A stretch of 64,000 nt of DNA from Malacoraja senta (lineage: Eukaryota). This document shows positions 53,035-64,000 of this stretch, piece by piece (within the stretch, counting starts at the first letter, position 1; each line of letters begins with the position of its first letter). Made by a program: the position numbers and the translations under genes. The notes under the pieces are model-generated. The model was not told the origin of the DNA, searched no databases, and saw only the letters and a list, made by a program, of their open reading frames with translations. The stretch is from assembly GCA_038087875.1 (NCBI GenBank), contig CM075979.1:85498001-85562000 (forward strand), in the 5' to 3' direction.

Positions 53035-53900
53035 AGTCATGGAGTTATACACTACTGAAACTGGCCCTTCGGCCCAATTTGTCAAACCCTACCAAAATGA
53101 CTAACCAAGTTAGTCCCACTTGCCTATGTGGGCAAACCTCCAAAATTTGTCAAAACCTACCAAAATGACTAACCAAGTTAGTCCCACTTGCCTGCGTGGG
53201 CCCTATCCACGTACCTGCCCAAGTGTCTTTTAAATGTCCCAACCTACCTCTACCACTTTCTCTGGCAGCTTATTCCATCTATCTGAAAAGATTGGCCCTC
53301 AGGTTCAGATTGAATCTTCCCCTTCTCATCTAAAACCCATGTCCTCTAGTTTTAGACTCCCCGACCCTGCAAAAATGACTGACTATTCACCTTATCAATG
53401 CCCCTCATAACTTTATATTCCTCTCTAAGGTCACCCCTCAGCCCCCTATGCTCCTGGGAAAAGAGGTAATGTTCAAAAGGGCAAAGTTTACAATTTTACA
53501 TTTTCCCACATTATACTACATTTGCTAAATCTTTGTCCACTCACGTATCCTGTCTATATCCACTTCTAGTGTCCTTATATCGTCCTCGCAACTTAATTTC
53601 TTATTGATTTTTGTATCATTTAACAAATGAACATGTATATAAATTGTGATAAGTTGAGGCCCCAGCACCGATCCTATAGCATACTAGTTATTAATTCTTG
53701 CCAACCAGAAAAAGACTGATCATGCCTATTCAGTATTGTTTGTTATCTAGCCACACTACTATATTTTGCTCACTGTATTTTCCCTTTCTGCAATAATCTT
53801 TGATGAGGCATCTTATTAAATTTCTTGTGGAAATCTAAGTAGAGTAACCCATTTGTTCACCTTTGTTAACTGCACAGGTTGCTTCCTCAAAGGGTTTTAT
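53035..53900 (-). mobile_element. Decayed CR1 3' part with a local 58-bp duplication (53076-53133, 53144-53201)
   Basis: CR1-type tail, CCCATGTCCTCTAGTTTTAGACTCC, GAGGCCCCAGCACCGATCC. Confidence 0.8.
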
Positions 53901-54041
53901 ACATGTTTCTTCTTAATACATTGTGTTGAGGATCTAATTAGACACTTGTTTCTAATGGGTGGAATGCAACATTCACATGCCTGGTTGCTAAAAGAGGCAC
54001 TTTGCTCCAAGAGCTGTCATGACAAGAGGTTACACATAGAA

Positions 54042-54168
54042 GGTAGACAAAATTGCTGGAGAAACTCAGCGGATGCGGCAGCATCTATGGAGCGAAGGAA
54101 ATAGGCAACGTTTTGGGCCGATTTTGTCTACCTTCGATTTTCCAGCATCTGCAGTTCCTTCTTGAACA
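54042..54168. mobile_element. Penelope-derived fold-back element (subfamily B)
   Basis: Perfect 13-bp TSD GTTACACATAGAA at 54029-54041 and 54169-54181. Confidence 0.87.
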
Positions 54169-57100
54169 GTTACACATAGAATGTAGAAAATGCCTTATTT
54201 TCAAAGCCTCCTTGAAAATGTTCATCAATTTGTGGAAATGTTCATCAATTTGTGGAAATCCTTGACATGTGACTGATTAAGATAGAGTAGGAGAGCATGG
54301 GGTGACACTGAGAATATCAAGTCTCTTTGCTAAGAGCACGAGGAAACACAGCAAAAATAGCAAGAGAATTGCATCGCCTTTCAAATGATCCACCAATATC
54401 GTCAAGCATCTCCTTCCCCATCTGTGGATCCTACAATGGTCTTATCAGCTACTATGGAACCCAATGAAATGAAGTGGAAACAAGTTACCCCCAATTCCAA
54501 GGGAATACTTAAAAAAAAACTACCATGGTCTGAATTCTACACATTTCTCCTTTTCATTTCCCAGAACCTATCTACCTTCTATATATCGTGATGTGTGTCA
54601 GGGTTAGGCACTCATCCAGCTGCCTTTCAGCAAATATGCACTCTCTATCCCATCTGGGAATTTATTAAACAGAATAAAATCTCTCCCTTTGAACATAAAC
54701 ATCTCCTGACAGGAACACTATTTCTCTTTTTAAATAAACTATATTTATGTGATGTGGTCCAATGTAACCAATCTACAATGTGTAAATCTAAACATGCAAT
54801 TATTTCAAATTATCAAAAACAATCTTTTTAAAATCTAGAGTAATAGCTCCTTACTGAGAATATTTATTGGCTAAAGGCCTTTAGACTAATGGCTATTCAC
54901 AGAAATCACACACAAAACCACCTGGCCACAATTGCCTCAGTAACTCCCACTTGCGTACTAAGCCAGATTCATGCTGTCTTTCTCATCAAATCACACCTGA
55001 TCTATTACTGTGTTCATCCTGCTCTCTTTCTTCCTCCTCCACCAGGTCCCAATATTTTTCTCCTTTCTGTCAGATTGCTCCTTTCTTCCCCAATCTAGTG
55101 AAGCCTTTTGCCTTTCTCTTACTCTATGTTCTTAATTTCCTTACTGCATCAAGCCCCAATCTCTCACGGTTCTTTCCCCTCATTTTTAAAACATTTTCTT
55201 CTTCATTCTATTAACCCTCACTCTCAATTATCACTGGGATGCAAGCAGAAGCCTCCACGTGGCGCATCCCGGGCAATGCTGACGACAGAAACTGTACCAC
55301 AGTGACTGACTGAAGTAGCCAATTCTGCAACCACCGACCATCAACTGTCATTGACCGACCGGAAAGACGTGATATAGAAGATAGCCAGACACGAGGAAGA
55401 AGAAGAATTATCACTCATCCTCATCAAATTCTAAAGTCCAACCTCCTTATTCTCAGAGACCATTGGGGTTGCCTGATTGAGGCCTTCTGCTGCCAGTTTT
55501 TCTGCCTGGGAGCAAGGCAGTCCTCAATTTAACTAGCTGCTGACAGGAAACAAAAACACAGAAAGACTGCAACTAAACCAAGAGCCAACCTACATGTTAA
55601 TGACATTGCACTAGGTTTCCCTGCACACTCTCATATAAATATTTGAATTATTATTGGACGAGTTAAGCCAAGGAAGATGTATCTGTGCTGTATGACTATT
55701 CTAAACGGATGTTGTCAAGGCTATACACAAGGAAAATAATTTTTGTTTTATATTTAATTGCCTCAATGCTGTAATTTTTCTGCAATATCTGTGAGACACC
55801 AATTACAACTTTAATTCATGTATTGTAACATCTGATTATTTTTACCATCTACCAACCTTCTACATGCCTCTCTGATTTGAGGTACATTATGTTGGTATCA
55901 ACTCTGCCTACTTGCTTTGCATTATTTACTTATATCAGATTACATGCATATTTGCTCTTACACAAGATCAATCAGTAATGACACATGGGTTGAAACGAGT
56001 TGGCTGCCAGTGTCTCACTATTACAGCTTTGCATGAATCTGCAGAGGACGGTGGACATAGATATAAAGGTTTATTGCCGAAGAAATAAATATGGGAAGAT
56101 GAAATCAATGCATGAAAATATGCTCTGCCAAGTAGTCTTAGCTTAAACTATTTGAACACAGTGATAAGTTTGTAATTGATTTCAACACATTAAGCTTGCT
56201 AAATTGCAGTGCTTTGTTTTACCCTATGTGTGTGCAAATTATTCGGTGTAAAATAATTATCATGAATACTGAGCATGAGAGAAAATAAACAGTATTATGT
56301 GAAACACAAAACTGGCTTCATTCCAATAAATAAAGGATTGGTAACCTCAGTGAACTTCACTTTTGGAGGTTACAGCTGGAAATATTCATTCCATTCTCAA
56401 TAAAAGTAAAGGTCATTATGTGTAATAGACTATTACGCAAAAAAAACATTCAGTTGGCAGTGAACAAACACATCTTGAACAACATCCGATAAAGTCAGTT
56501 AAATTTTATAATTGAAGGTATGCTGAGACATTTCATTAAATATCAAAATGATTCTAAACGCACAATTGATAAAGCTGTTTCAGACCACACACTCAATGGT
56601 TTGCTGAAATATTTCCATACAGTGCTGACAGATTCAAAGAAAGTACAGTTTATATTTGTGAATGCATCAACTTCACACTAGAAAAAGTGCAAAGGAGGAT
56701 TTTTTCTAGAACAGTAATCAGAATAAGTTATTATGCAGAACAATGCATGCCAACTGCTGAATCCTATGGTTAATCAGATTCTTCCTTTGTCATCATTTTG
56801 GGTTTTCCACAATTCTACCATTTTGCTTAGATATCAAATGGCTATTCAAGTACAGAATAGGATTGAACACAACAATTTTATTATGACCTCACATAGAATT
56901 CTTCCAACTGCAGTGAACACAGGAACAAGTGGGATTGGTAATTTGATTGATATTTCTTTTCTAAACCCAGAGGTGCTAAGGACAATTGATGTCCCTTCGT
57001 TGGACATGAATAGACCAATCAATGGATCCCAAGAGCTTCCCGGTCTTTATGTTTTTATTGGCCTTAGTATTTCCAGCTGAAAGCATAACCAGATGACCAT

Positions 57101-58494
57101 TTGCAAAACTCTATACAATTCTTGCTGCCAACTGCAAATCTCTATTCTAAAATTGTGAACAGTCATACAATTCTTTAACCTGAGTTGGGATACTTCAGCT
57201 GTCTTGCAGAATCTTTTTTTTTTTTAATTTTGCAATGAATAATTCAATAGCAGCTCCAGGTTAACACCTAAATATATATCTATTTCATGATGTTTGCCAT
57301 TTTACATGGCCCTTTTGAAACAATATTAATATTTAAACAGATAATAATGTGGAGCTGCAAAGTCCTCCTTGTACAATGTTGGATTGGTAAGGTTCTATTA
57401 AAGATTACTTTGGCATGTAGAAAAGAAACTAAATGAACAATTTCCTTTACAGTTTGAATTAACTCATTCAATGCACTGAAAATCCATTGGTGGGCAAAAA
57501 TATTACTTTTCCTATAAACAAATAAGAGATTTCTTAGAAAATTTTATAACAAAGGTGGCACTGTATTTTGCAGACAGTATGTCAACAACCTAGCTTCTTA
57601 TGGATTTGAAGAAAAAGATTGGCACTGTGTATAATTGCCTTTGGGCATGCTGGTTTGGTATCTAGAACTCACAGACACAATCGGTGCAATTCCTTCACCT
57701 CCACCCCCACTCTCCCCATCCCCGGTCCCCAATCACTACAGATGTAAGTAACTTAGCAATAGTCGGGTTATCTCATTGCATAGTGCCAGTGTTGAGAAGT
57801 CGAGGATTAATTAATTAGCAATTGAAAAGGCATTTTATTCAAGGTAGCCTTTTGCACAAATTTCATTAATTTCGATTGTGTGCTTCTTGCTTAGATAAAA
57901 TGTATGCCCATTTTGATGATTGGTAAATATATTCTCATTGCAATCAAAGCTAAAACTCAAGTTGGCCAATAGAGTCTTCACTGTTATCTCAGTTGAAATC
58001 TTCATAGCTACATTCAAAACCAGAATACAATATCATACTTCGAAGAATGGCTTGCAAAAGGACAGTAAATGATAATGCTAATTACAGTGATATCACGCTT
58101 TTCTTTTCAAACTTCATTCAATAAATTAATGAAGTAAATTGCATCGTGCCTCATATGTTTTCTTCATTAAGTTATCTCCACTAACTGAACAATTGAGAGT
58201 GTTTTTTTTCTTTCCGTTGGCTGTATTCTCAATAATGACAGATTTTTATTCAAGGGATGTGTGTCTAATGGTGGCTAATGGTTTATTTTAATTTTTGTGA
58301 GAAATATGCAGTGTTTTTATGCTGTGAATAATTGGTTCATGCCAGGATTTTTGCAATTCTATACCATTTCTTGCTTAATGCAGACATTTTCATTTGTTCA
58401 TCTACAAGAGGCATCTTCAATCAATTGTCACTATTGAAGAACAACAAAAAATTATCAGTTGAAAATTTACATGTCAGAACTATCAAACCAGTTA

Positions 58495-59155
58495 GTCATA
58501 TAGCACGGAAACAGGCTCTTTGGCCCAACTCGCCCATGCTAACCAAGATGCCCCCATCCAAGCTAGTCCCACTAGTCCATGCCTAGCCCATATCCATCTA
58601 AAACCTTCCTGTCTTCTATACTTCTAAATGCTGTTGTAGTAACTGCATCAATTACTTCCTCTGGCAGCTCATTCCATATAATACTGTGAAAAAGTTGCCT
58701 TCAGGTCCTAATAAATCTTTCTGCTCTCACATATCTATGCCCACTAGTTCTTGATTCCCCAATCCTGGGAAAAAGACTCTGTGCATTCACCCTATCTATT
58801 CCCCTCATGATGTTATACACCTCTATAAGGTCACCCATCAGGCTCCTGCACTCCAAGGAATAAAGTCCTAGCTTGCTCAACCTCTCTTATTATATTTGTC
58901 CCTCGAAACTTGGAGTCCTGGCAATATGCTCGAAAATCTTCCCTGCATTATCTCCAGCTCAATGGCATCTTTCCTATAGCACAATGACCAAAACTGACAC
59001 AATACTCCAGGTACGGCCTCAACAATGACTTGTATAGCTGTAACACAACGTCCTATACTACATATTATCTGCAATACTAAATTCCCTGATTGATGAAGGC
59101 CAACATGTCAAAATATTTCTTCACCACCCTATCTACCTGTGGTGCCACTTTCACT
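58495..59155 (-). mobile_element. CR1 3' part
   Basis: VLCQFWSLCYRKDAIELEIMQGRFSSILPGL. Confidence 0.85.
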
Positions 59156-59685
59156 TATTTTTTAATTTTCCTTATCACATTCTGACTAATATACTATTAA
59201 TTTGACAAATATTAAGATAGAAGGAAAGAAATTGAAAATCTCCAGATATTGGAAATTAGAAAAAAATTCAGAAATGCTGGAAAGACTTTGCAGATCAGAT
59301 CGCATCTGTAGATGAAGAGGTAGAGCTATGTTTCAGTCAAAAACCCTTTAACAGAACCAGACCTGAATATTCTCATCAATTTCTGTTTTTATTTTAGAAG
59401 ATCGAAGGGGATTGGCACATGCTCTAGAAATACTGCTTGAAAATAGGTCCATGTGAACATACGGACAATGATAGAAGACAAATTAACTCAAAATATCATT
59501 TTAATCTGTGAAAAGATTTGGTAATAATTGATAAAGTATTTCCTATATCTGCTGGGTTAGGGTCTACCTGACTATTATTTCCTTGCACAATGACACTGCA
59601 CAGGGATAGTCAAGATTTATTCTGCCCACTGTCCAGGCATGGTGCAGCTGCAATCCAGCCTAATTTCCAAAGCCCATCATAATTG

Positions 59686-59849
59686 NNNNNNNNNNNNNNN
59701 NNNNNNNNNNNNNNNNNNNNNNNNNNNNNNNNNNNNNNNNNNNNNNNNNNNNNNNNNNNNNNNNNNNNNNNNNNNNNNNNNNNNNNNNNNNNNNNNNNNN
59801 NNNNNNNNNNNNNNNNNNNNNNNNNNNNNNNNNNNNNNNNNNNNNNNNN
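59686..59849. other. Assembly gap (164 N)
   Basis: Run of N. Confidence 1.
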
Positions 59850-60089
59850 ACCAAACTATTATGAAAATGCCCTTTTGCAAGCCATTCATTAAAATATGGC
59901 ATTGCAGTCTGGATTTGAATATACTGGAACCAGGGGTTTCACAGCAAAACACCACTAATGTCCTGTTTGTGTGCCAGCTTGTTTCTGACTTTAAAAAAAA
60001 TACAAATATAAAAATTTATTCAGAAAACATAAGCAAGAAATACAAAAAGAGTGCCTGCCATTCTTTATATTCATAGTTTCATTCAGTCT

Positions 60090-60600
60090 ATATATTCACA
60101 CAGTTATGATGTCCATATCTTTGCAGTGTCATCAAGAATGCATTCTATGTACAAAGCTCTAATGCTACTCATACGACCCCTTTGAAACAATGCACTCTTT
60201 AAAGCTCAAGAGGATATTACACAGGATCCAGTGTCTCGTGGTGGTGGGATCTTAGATTGCAACCCTTCCCCATAAAACCTTTACTTTGGCTGCACCAGGT
60301 TTTAGTACGTCCCTGAGCATGTACTCCTGCAACCTTGAATGTGTCAGGTGGCAGCAATCCTTTGAGGACATCTTGTATTTGAAGATCAATAGGTTTTGGA
60401 CAGACTATGCATTTTTCCGTGAGTTAATTATCTTTCAGCAGCACTTGATGTTTCTATCAGTATGCGTCTCTCAGTCTGTAGACCAGAGTGTCCTCTATAA
60501 CACAGCATGTTTCTGACTTCCACAACTCAACACTGAATCCAAGTGCAGGCCCAAACATTGTAAGACAAGTGCCATTTTCACTTTGGTCCTTCAATCAGGC
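60090..60600 (-). mobile_element. Decayed L1/Tx1-clade LINE ORF2 C-terminus
   Basis: THTDRNIKCC*KIINS..NLLIF..DCCHLTHSRLQEYMLRDVLKPGAAK resembles the Tx1-type CCRLAHSKVQ-YVLRDALKLGAA ending. Confidence 0.6.
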
Positions 60601-60617
60601 CCTTTAGCTTTACACCA

Positions 60618-60959
60618 TAAAATAGTAAGATTAAACGAGAACTTACCAGTTTGAAGTTTGATCTTTATTTTATGAGGAGTAACATTGAGGGATTACGTGA
60701 AGAAGACCCCGTCCAGCCGCACACGCGTCAATCTTTCAAAGCAGCGGAGTGACAATCACAGACAATAATTACTGAAGTATGATAGTAAGATGCATAAAGA
60801 CTTAGAACTACCAGCTTGATCCTTTTATGAGGGTGGGAGCGGAGGGCACGTAATCCCTCAACGTTACTCCTCATAAAATAAAGATCAAACTTCAAACTGG
60901 TAAGTTCTCGTTTAATCTTACTATTTTACTTCGGAGTCACGTAAGTGACTACGTGAAGA
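60618..60959 (-). repeat. DIRS right terminus and internal complementary region (ICR)
   Basis: 60618-60699 is the reverse complement of 60847-60928 (1 mismatch in 82 bp); the ICR continues to 60959. Confidence 0.9.
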
Positions 60960-61114
60960 TTTCAAAGCTCTGTGATTTCACACCGTGGATTAAAATCCAG
61001 GTGCTCACTGCACTGATTGACTCTATTTGAGTAAGCACAATCAACAATGCATAACCACAACATTAAATGTTATCAGTTAATGGTTTTATTTATTTTAACA
61101 ATTTAACCCATTTA

Positions 61115-62090
61115 TCATAATGGGAGATTTAATACTGAACCCAGCACGGCATCACCAAACACCCCGGGATCTTTAATCTCCTTATGGTAATACTTGTGAA
61201 ACATCTGTTCACTTGCCCATCCTGCGGCCGCGAGGATAAGGTCTATTGGAACGTCTGAATCCCTGGCCGATGTTGATGCCCCCCTGGTGGAATGAGATTT
61301 TAATTTATCAGTATCAATACCTGAATAATCAACACCTGTTTCAACCATCTTGAAATTGTCTGTGTTGACACTTTCTTATGAGGACTTTTATGACTAATAA
61401 AATGCTAATTATGTGCCTCTTAAGATTCTGTTTGTTTCCATGTAACATTTTACATATGTTACATAGCCATATGTTACATAGCCATGGATCCGTAGGATAT
61501 GCTGAAAATTCCAACTTACATCCCGTGAACCCAGGTCTACTTTGCTTCAGTAAATCATAGACATAGAATGTAATGGCATCTGCCCCTACTTTCATTCTGT
61601 CAATTTAATTTCTGTAATGTTTGAACTCTCTGAGCTGAAACTAATGCCGTCAGCATAACCAATTTCGTGGTGATTTCGGCTAATGACAGAGTTTCAATAG
61701 TATTCCAATCCCTCAGCAGTATCAGTACATCTTTTACATTCCAGATTTCTGTATACCTATTATGAAAATTCCCTTCATAAACCTACACACCCAAGGATGT
61801 GATCCTATTGAATTTTGTTCTGATTCACTGCCTAATATGCAGAGAGTGCACTTCGTGCAGTATTGTTTGCACTATAACTTAATTTTTAATTCGTAGTAAA
61901 GAGTTGAAAGAAACTCTAATACATCTGAAATTTCTGCTGTGTTATATGCAATATTCTTTCCTGAACAAAACACCTCCTATTTCTTTATATAAGAAATGTA
62001 CTGCTTCTGGGTACTATTCCTCCAGGCTGCTGCTATAACATCCACCGTACGGTCTGATAATCCTCTTCCAAGATATGGCCTTTTCAGAAT
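61115..62090 (-). pseudogene. DIRS tyrosine recombinase, frameshifted
   Basis: GLSDRTVDVIAAAWRNSTQKQY; ARSALS; HPWVCRFMKG; LLKQSRPG; HSTRGASTS..ILAAAGWASEQMFHKYY. Confidence 0.9.
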
Positions 62091-63996
62091 CTGCAAATCA
62101 ACAAACCAATACGATCATGTAAAGGATGCGGTTCATTAGTTACAGGGTTTACAAGCAGTTTCACCTGCTTTGGAATAACCATAAGGGGTTCTTTGATTAT
62201 GTTTAACACCAGTGGATACCATAGCTGTGTAGGCCAATCTGGTACCACCAAAATCCCCGAGGCTGAGTCCTGTTTAATTTTCTGTATGTATCTATTGATT
62301 TAAACAAAATGGAGGAAATGCATACAGAAACATATCACCCCAATGTAGCGAGAAAGCATCTACCGCTACTGCACAAGGATCAGGTTCCCATGACACATAC
62401 TTAGGCAATTGGTGGTTTAGTCTTGATGCAAACAAATCAATCTTTGGCATTCCAAATCGTGTTACAATTTGCTTAAATATTTCCTGATGTAACATCCATT
62501 CTGTATTATCATTAAATTTACGTGAGCTTTTGTCTGCAATTGTGTTAAATTTTCCTGGTAAATATATTGCTGACAGCCAGATTTTCCTGACAATACACCA
62601 GGTCCAAATTTCATTTGCCAATCTATCACATGATTCTGATTTGATACCACCCATGTGATTTATGTATGCTACAGCTGTAGTATTGTCAACCTGTACCTGA
62701 ACATGCACATTTCCCATATTAGTGCAATAAGCTTTAAGGCCATGAAATGCTCCTAACAGCTCTAGGTGATTTATTCCTTAATCTTCGAGCAAAGGTACTT
62801 CATCAACATTCCACCTACCTCCACAGCTGGAAATCATGTTAGTTGCGCCCATCCAAGAGCACTTACATCAGTCTGTAGAATGACGGAAGGTGTTTCTACC
62901 AGAACATTTCTGGAAGCATTAGAGACATTGTTAATCCACCATTCTATTTCTGTAATGGATCCAATTGTTAATTTCATGGGCCTGTCAAATTGCCCTGTAT
63001 TCATTTTTAATGCTTGTACCTTAGCCCTATGCAAACATTGATAATGTAATGGTCCAAACCTGACAGCTGGAAACCAAACAATTAATTTGCCCAGCAAGCT
63101 TGCCACTTCTCTAATTAAAGGCTTGTCCTCGTTTATGAGTTTAGTGCAACATTCAATTAACTGCAGCCTTTTCTCTTTTGGCAAGGTGATTACCATGTGT
63201 TCAGAGTTAATTGTGAACCCTGGGTAATCAATGTTCTTGCTTTGTAACAATTTTGATTTTTGTAGGCAAATAATGAAACCCATTTTTTCAAAATGTATTT
63301 GACTCTAGATACTGACAATTTTGTAGTAGCCAAAGTGTCCCACACAATCAGAATATCATCTAAATAAACCATTAATACATGGCCCTCAGCTCTTAGCAGA
63401 GCTAAAAATTGGTTTGAGTAATTTAGTGAATAATCTTGGTGCTGTAGTCAGGCCATTTGGGCAATGCTTTAAATTGCCATAACTGACTCATCCATCTAAA
63501 TTTCATATATCTTTGATCATTACCATGCATTGCCACAGAATAATATGCATTTTGCAGATCTATGCTTGCCATGTAGCAATTCTTTGTGACCAGCTGAATG
63601 GCATTAGTAAATGTTTCCATTTTGAAATGTTTCTATTGTACATAAAGGTTAAGATTTGTCAGATCCGAAATGATTCTACATCCACCATCCCTTTTTTTTT
63701 TTTTTTTTTTTTTCCTTAGGAGAATATTTGACAGAAACTGATGGTGTTGTTCTACTGACATTTCTATTACCCCTTTTCTGCATAAAATGTTTCAATTCTC
63801 CCTTGATCGACTTACTCTCTTCCTTTGAGAAAATCCGTGACCAGTTTGAATTATGCTGAATTGGAGGATCCAAACGTGGAGAGAACTCAATTTTGAATCC
63901 TACCATGCTACATAGAATAAATGAATCATTTGTTATTGATTGCCATTCTTTTAGGAAGAATCGTAACCTTCCCCCTATTTGAGAGTTGTGAAACAT
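62085..63996 (-). pseudogene. DIRS pol: RT, RNase H and Dam-like N6-adenine methyltransferase domain, frameshifted
   Basis: IGGRLRFFLKEW; MASIDLQNAYYSV; VYLDDILI; TDVSALGW; VDNTTAVAYINHMGG; IDLFASRLN..DAFSLHW..YAFPPF. Confidence 0.92.
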
Positions 63997-64000
63997 TTGT

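Larger units (their letters stand above)
60618..64000 (-). mobile_element. DIRS1-type tyrosine recombinase retrotransposon, 3' 3.4 kb (continues past the window)
   Basis: RT-RNaseH-methyltransferase frame, then YR, then ICR and terminal repeat. Confidence 0.95.

Noticed and set aside
5757-54168. Recurrent repeats as a CRISPR array or tRNA/miRNA genes
   Set aside because: Dispersed, variable in length, TSD-flanked and linked to PLE sequence; no repeat-spacer periodicity or cloverleaf
54216-54259. Short tandem duplications (20 bp here; also about 50917-50948 and 28638-28676)
   Set aside because: Ordinary slippage or repair duplications with no further structure
55234-55410. GGGATGC/GCATCCC hairpin followed by a (GAA)n-like end
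   Set aside because: Stem too short for an ncRNA call; may be an old LINE terminus but I cannot assign it
59639-60076. ORFs of 69-145 aa in the track
   Set aside because: Artefacts of translating through the N gap

Overview
This is AT-rich vertebrate genomic DNA with two assembly gaps (13836-14035, 59686-59849). The repeat families point to a cartilaginous fish, probably a skate or ray (inference, not searched). I recognise no host protein-coding gene, and almost all short ORFs in the track are chance ORFs or antisense readings of repeats. The window is a mosaic of mobile elements: about 20 CR1 LINE pieces (one young 2.4-kb copy with a long open endonuclease-end/RT frame), a full-length IR/DR Tc1 transposon inserted into a decayed RTE LINE, the 3' 3.4 kb of a DIRS1 tyrosine-recombinase retrotransposon with its ICR/terminal architecture, decayed Gypsy, Tx1, Rex-like and Penelope (PLE) remnants, a PIF/Harbinger-like MITE, a hAT-like MITE and V-SINE pieces. 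The most interesting signal is a dense family of short Penelope-derived inserts, many of them fold-back palindromes. They carry a minimal type I hammerhead-ribozyme-like core (CUGAAGA-hairpin-GAAAC-GUC) on one or both strands, have 9-16 bp target-site duplications, and fold back at the 5' edge of that core. Repeat-free CpG-retaining blocks at about 40-52 kb look regulatory and contain a few strong candidate exons.
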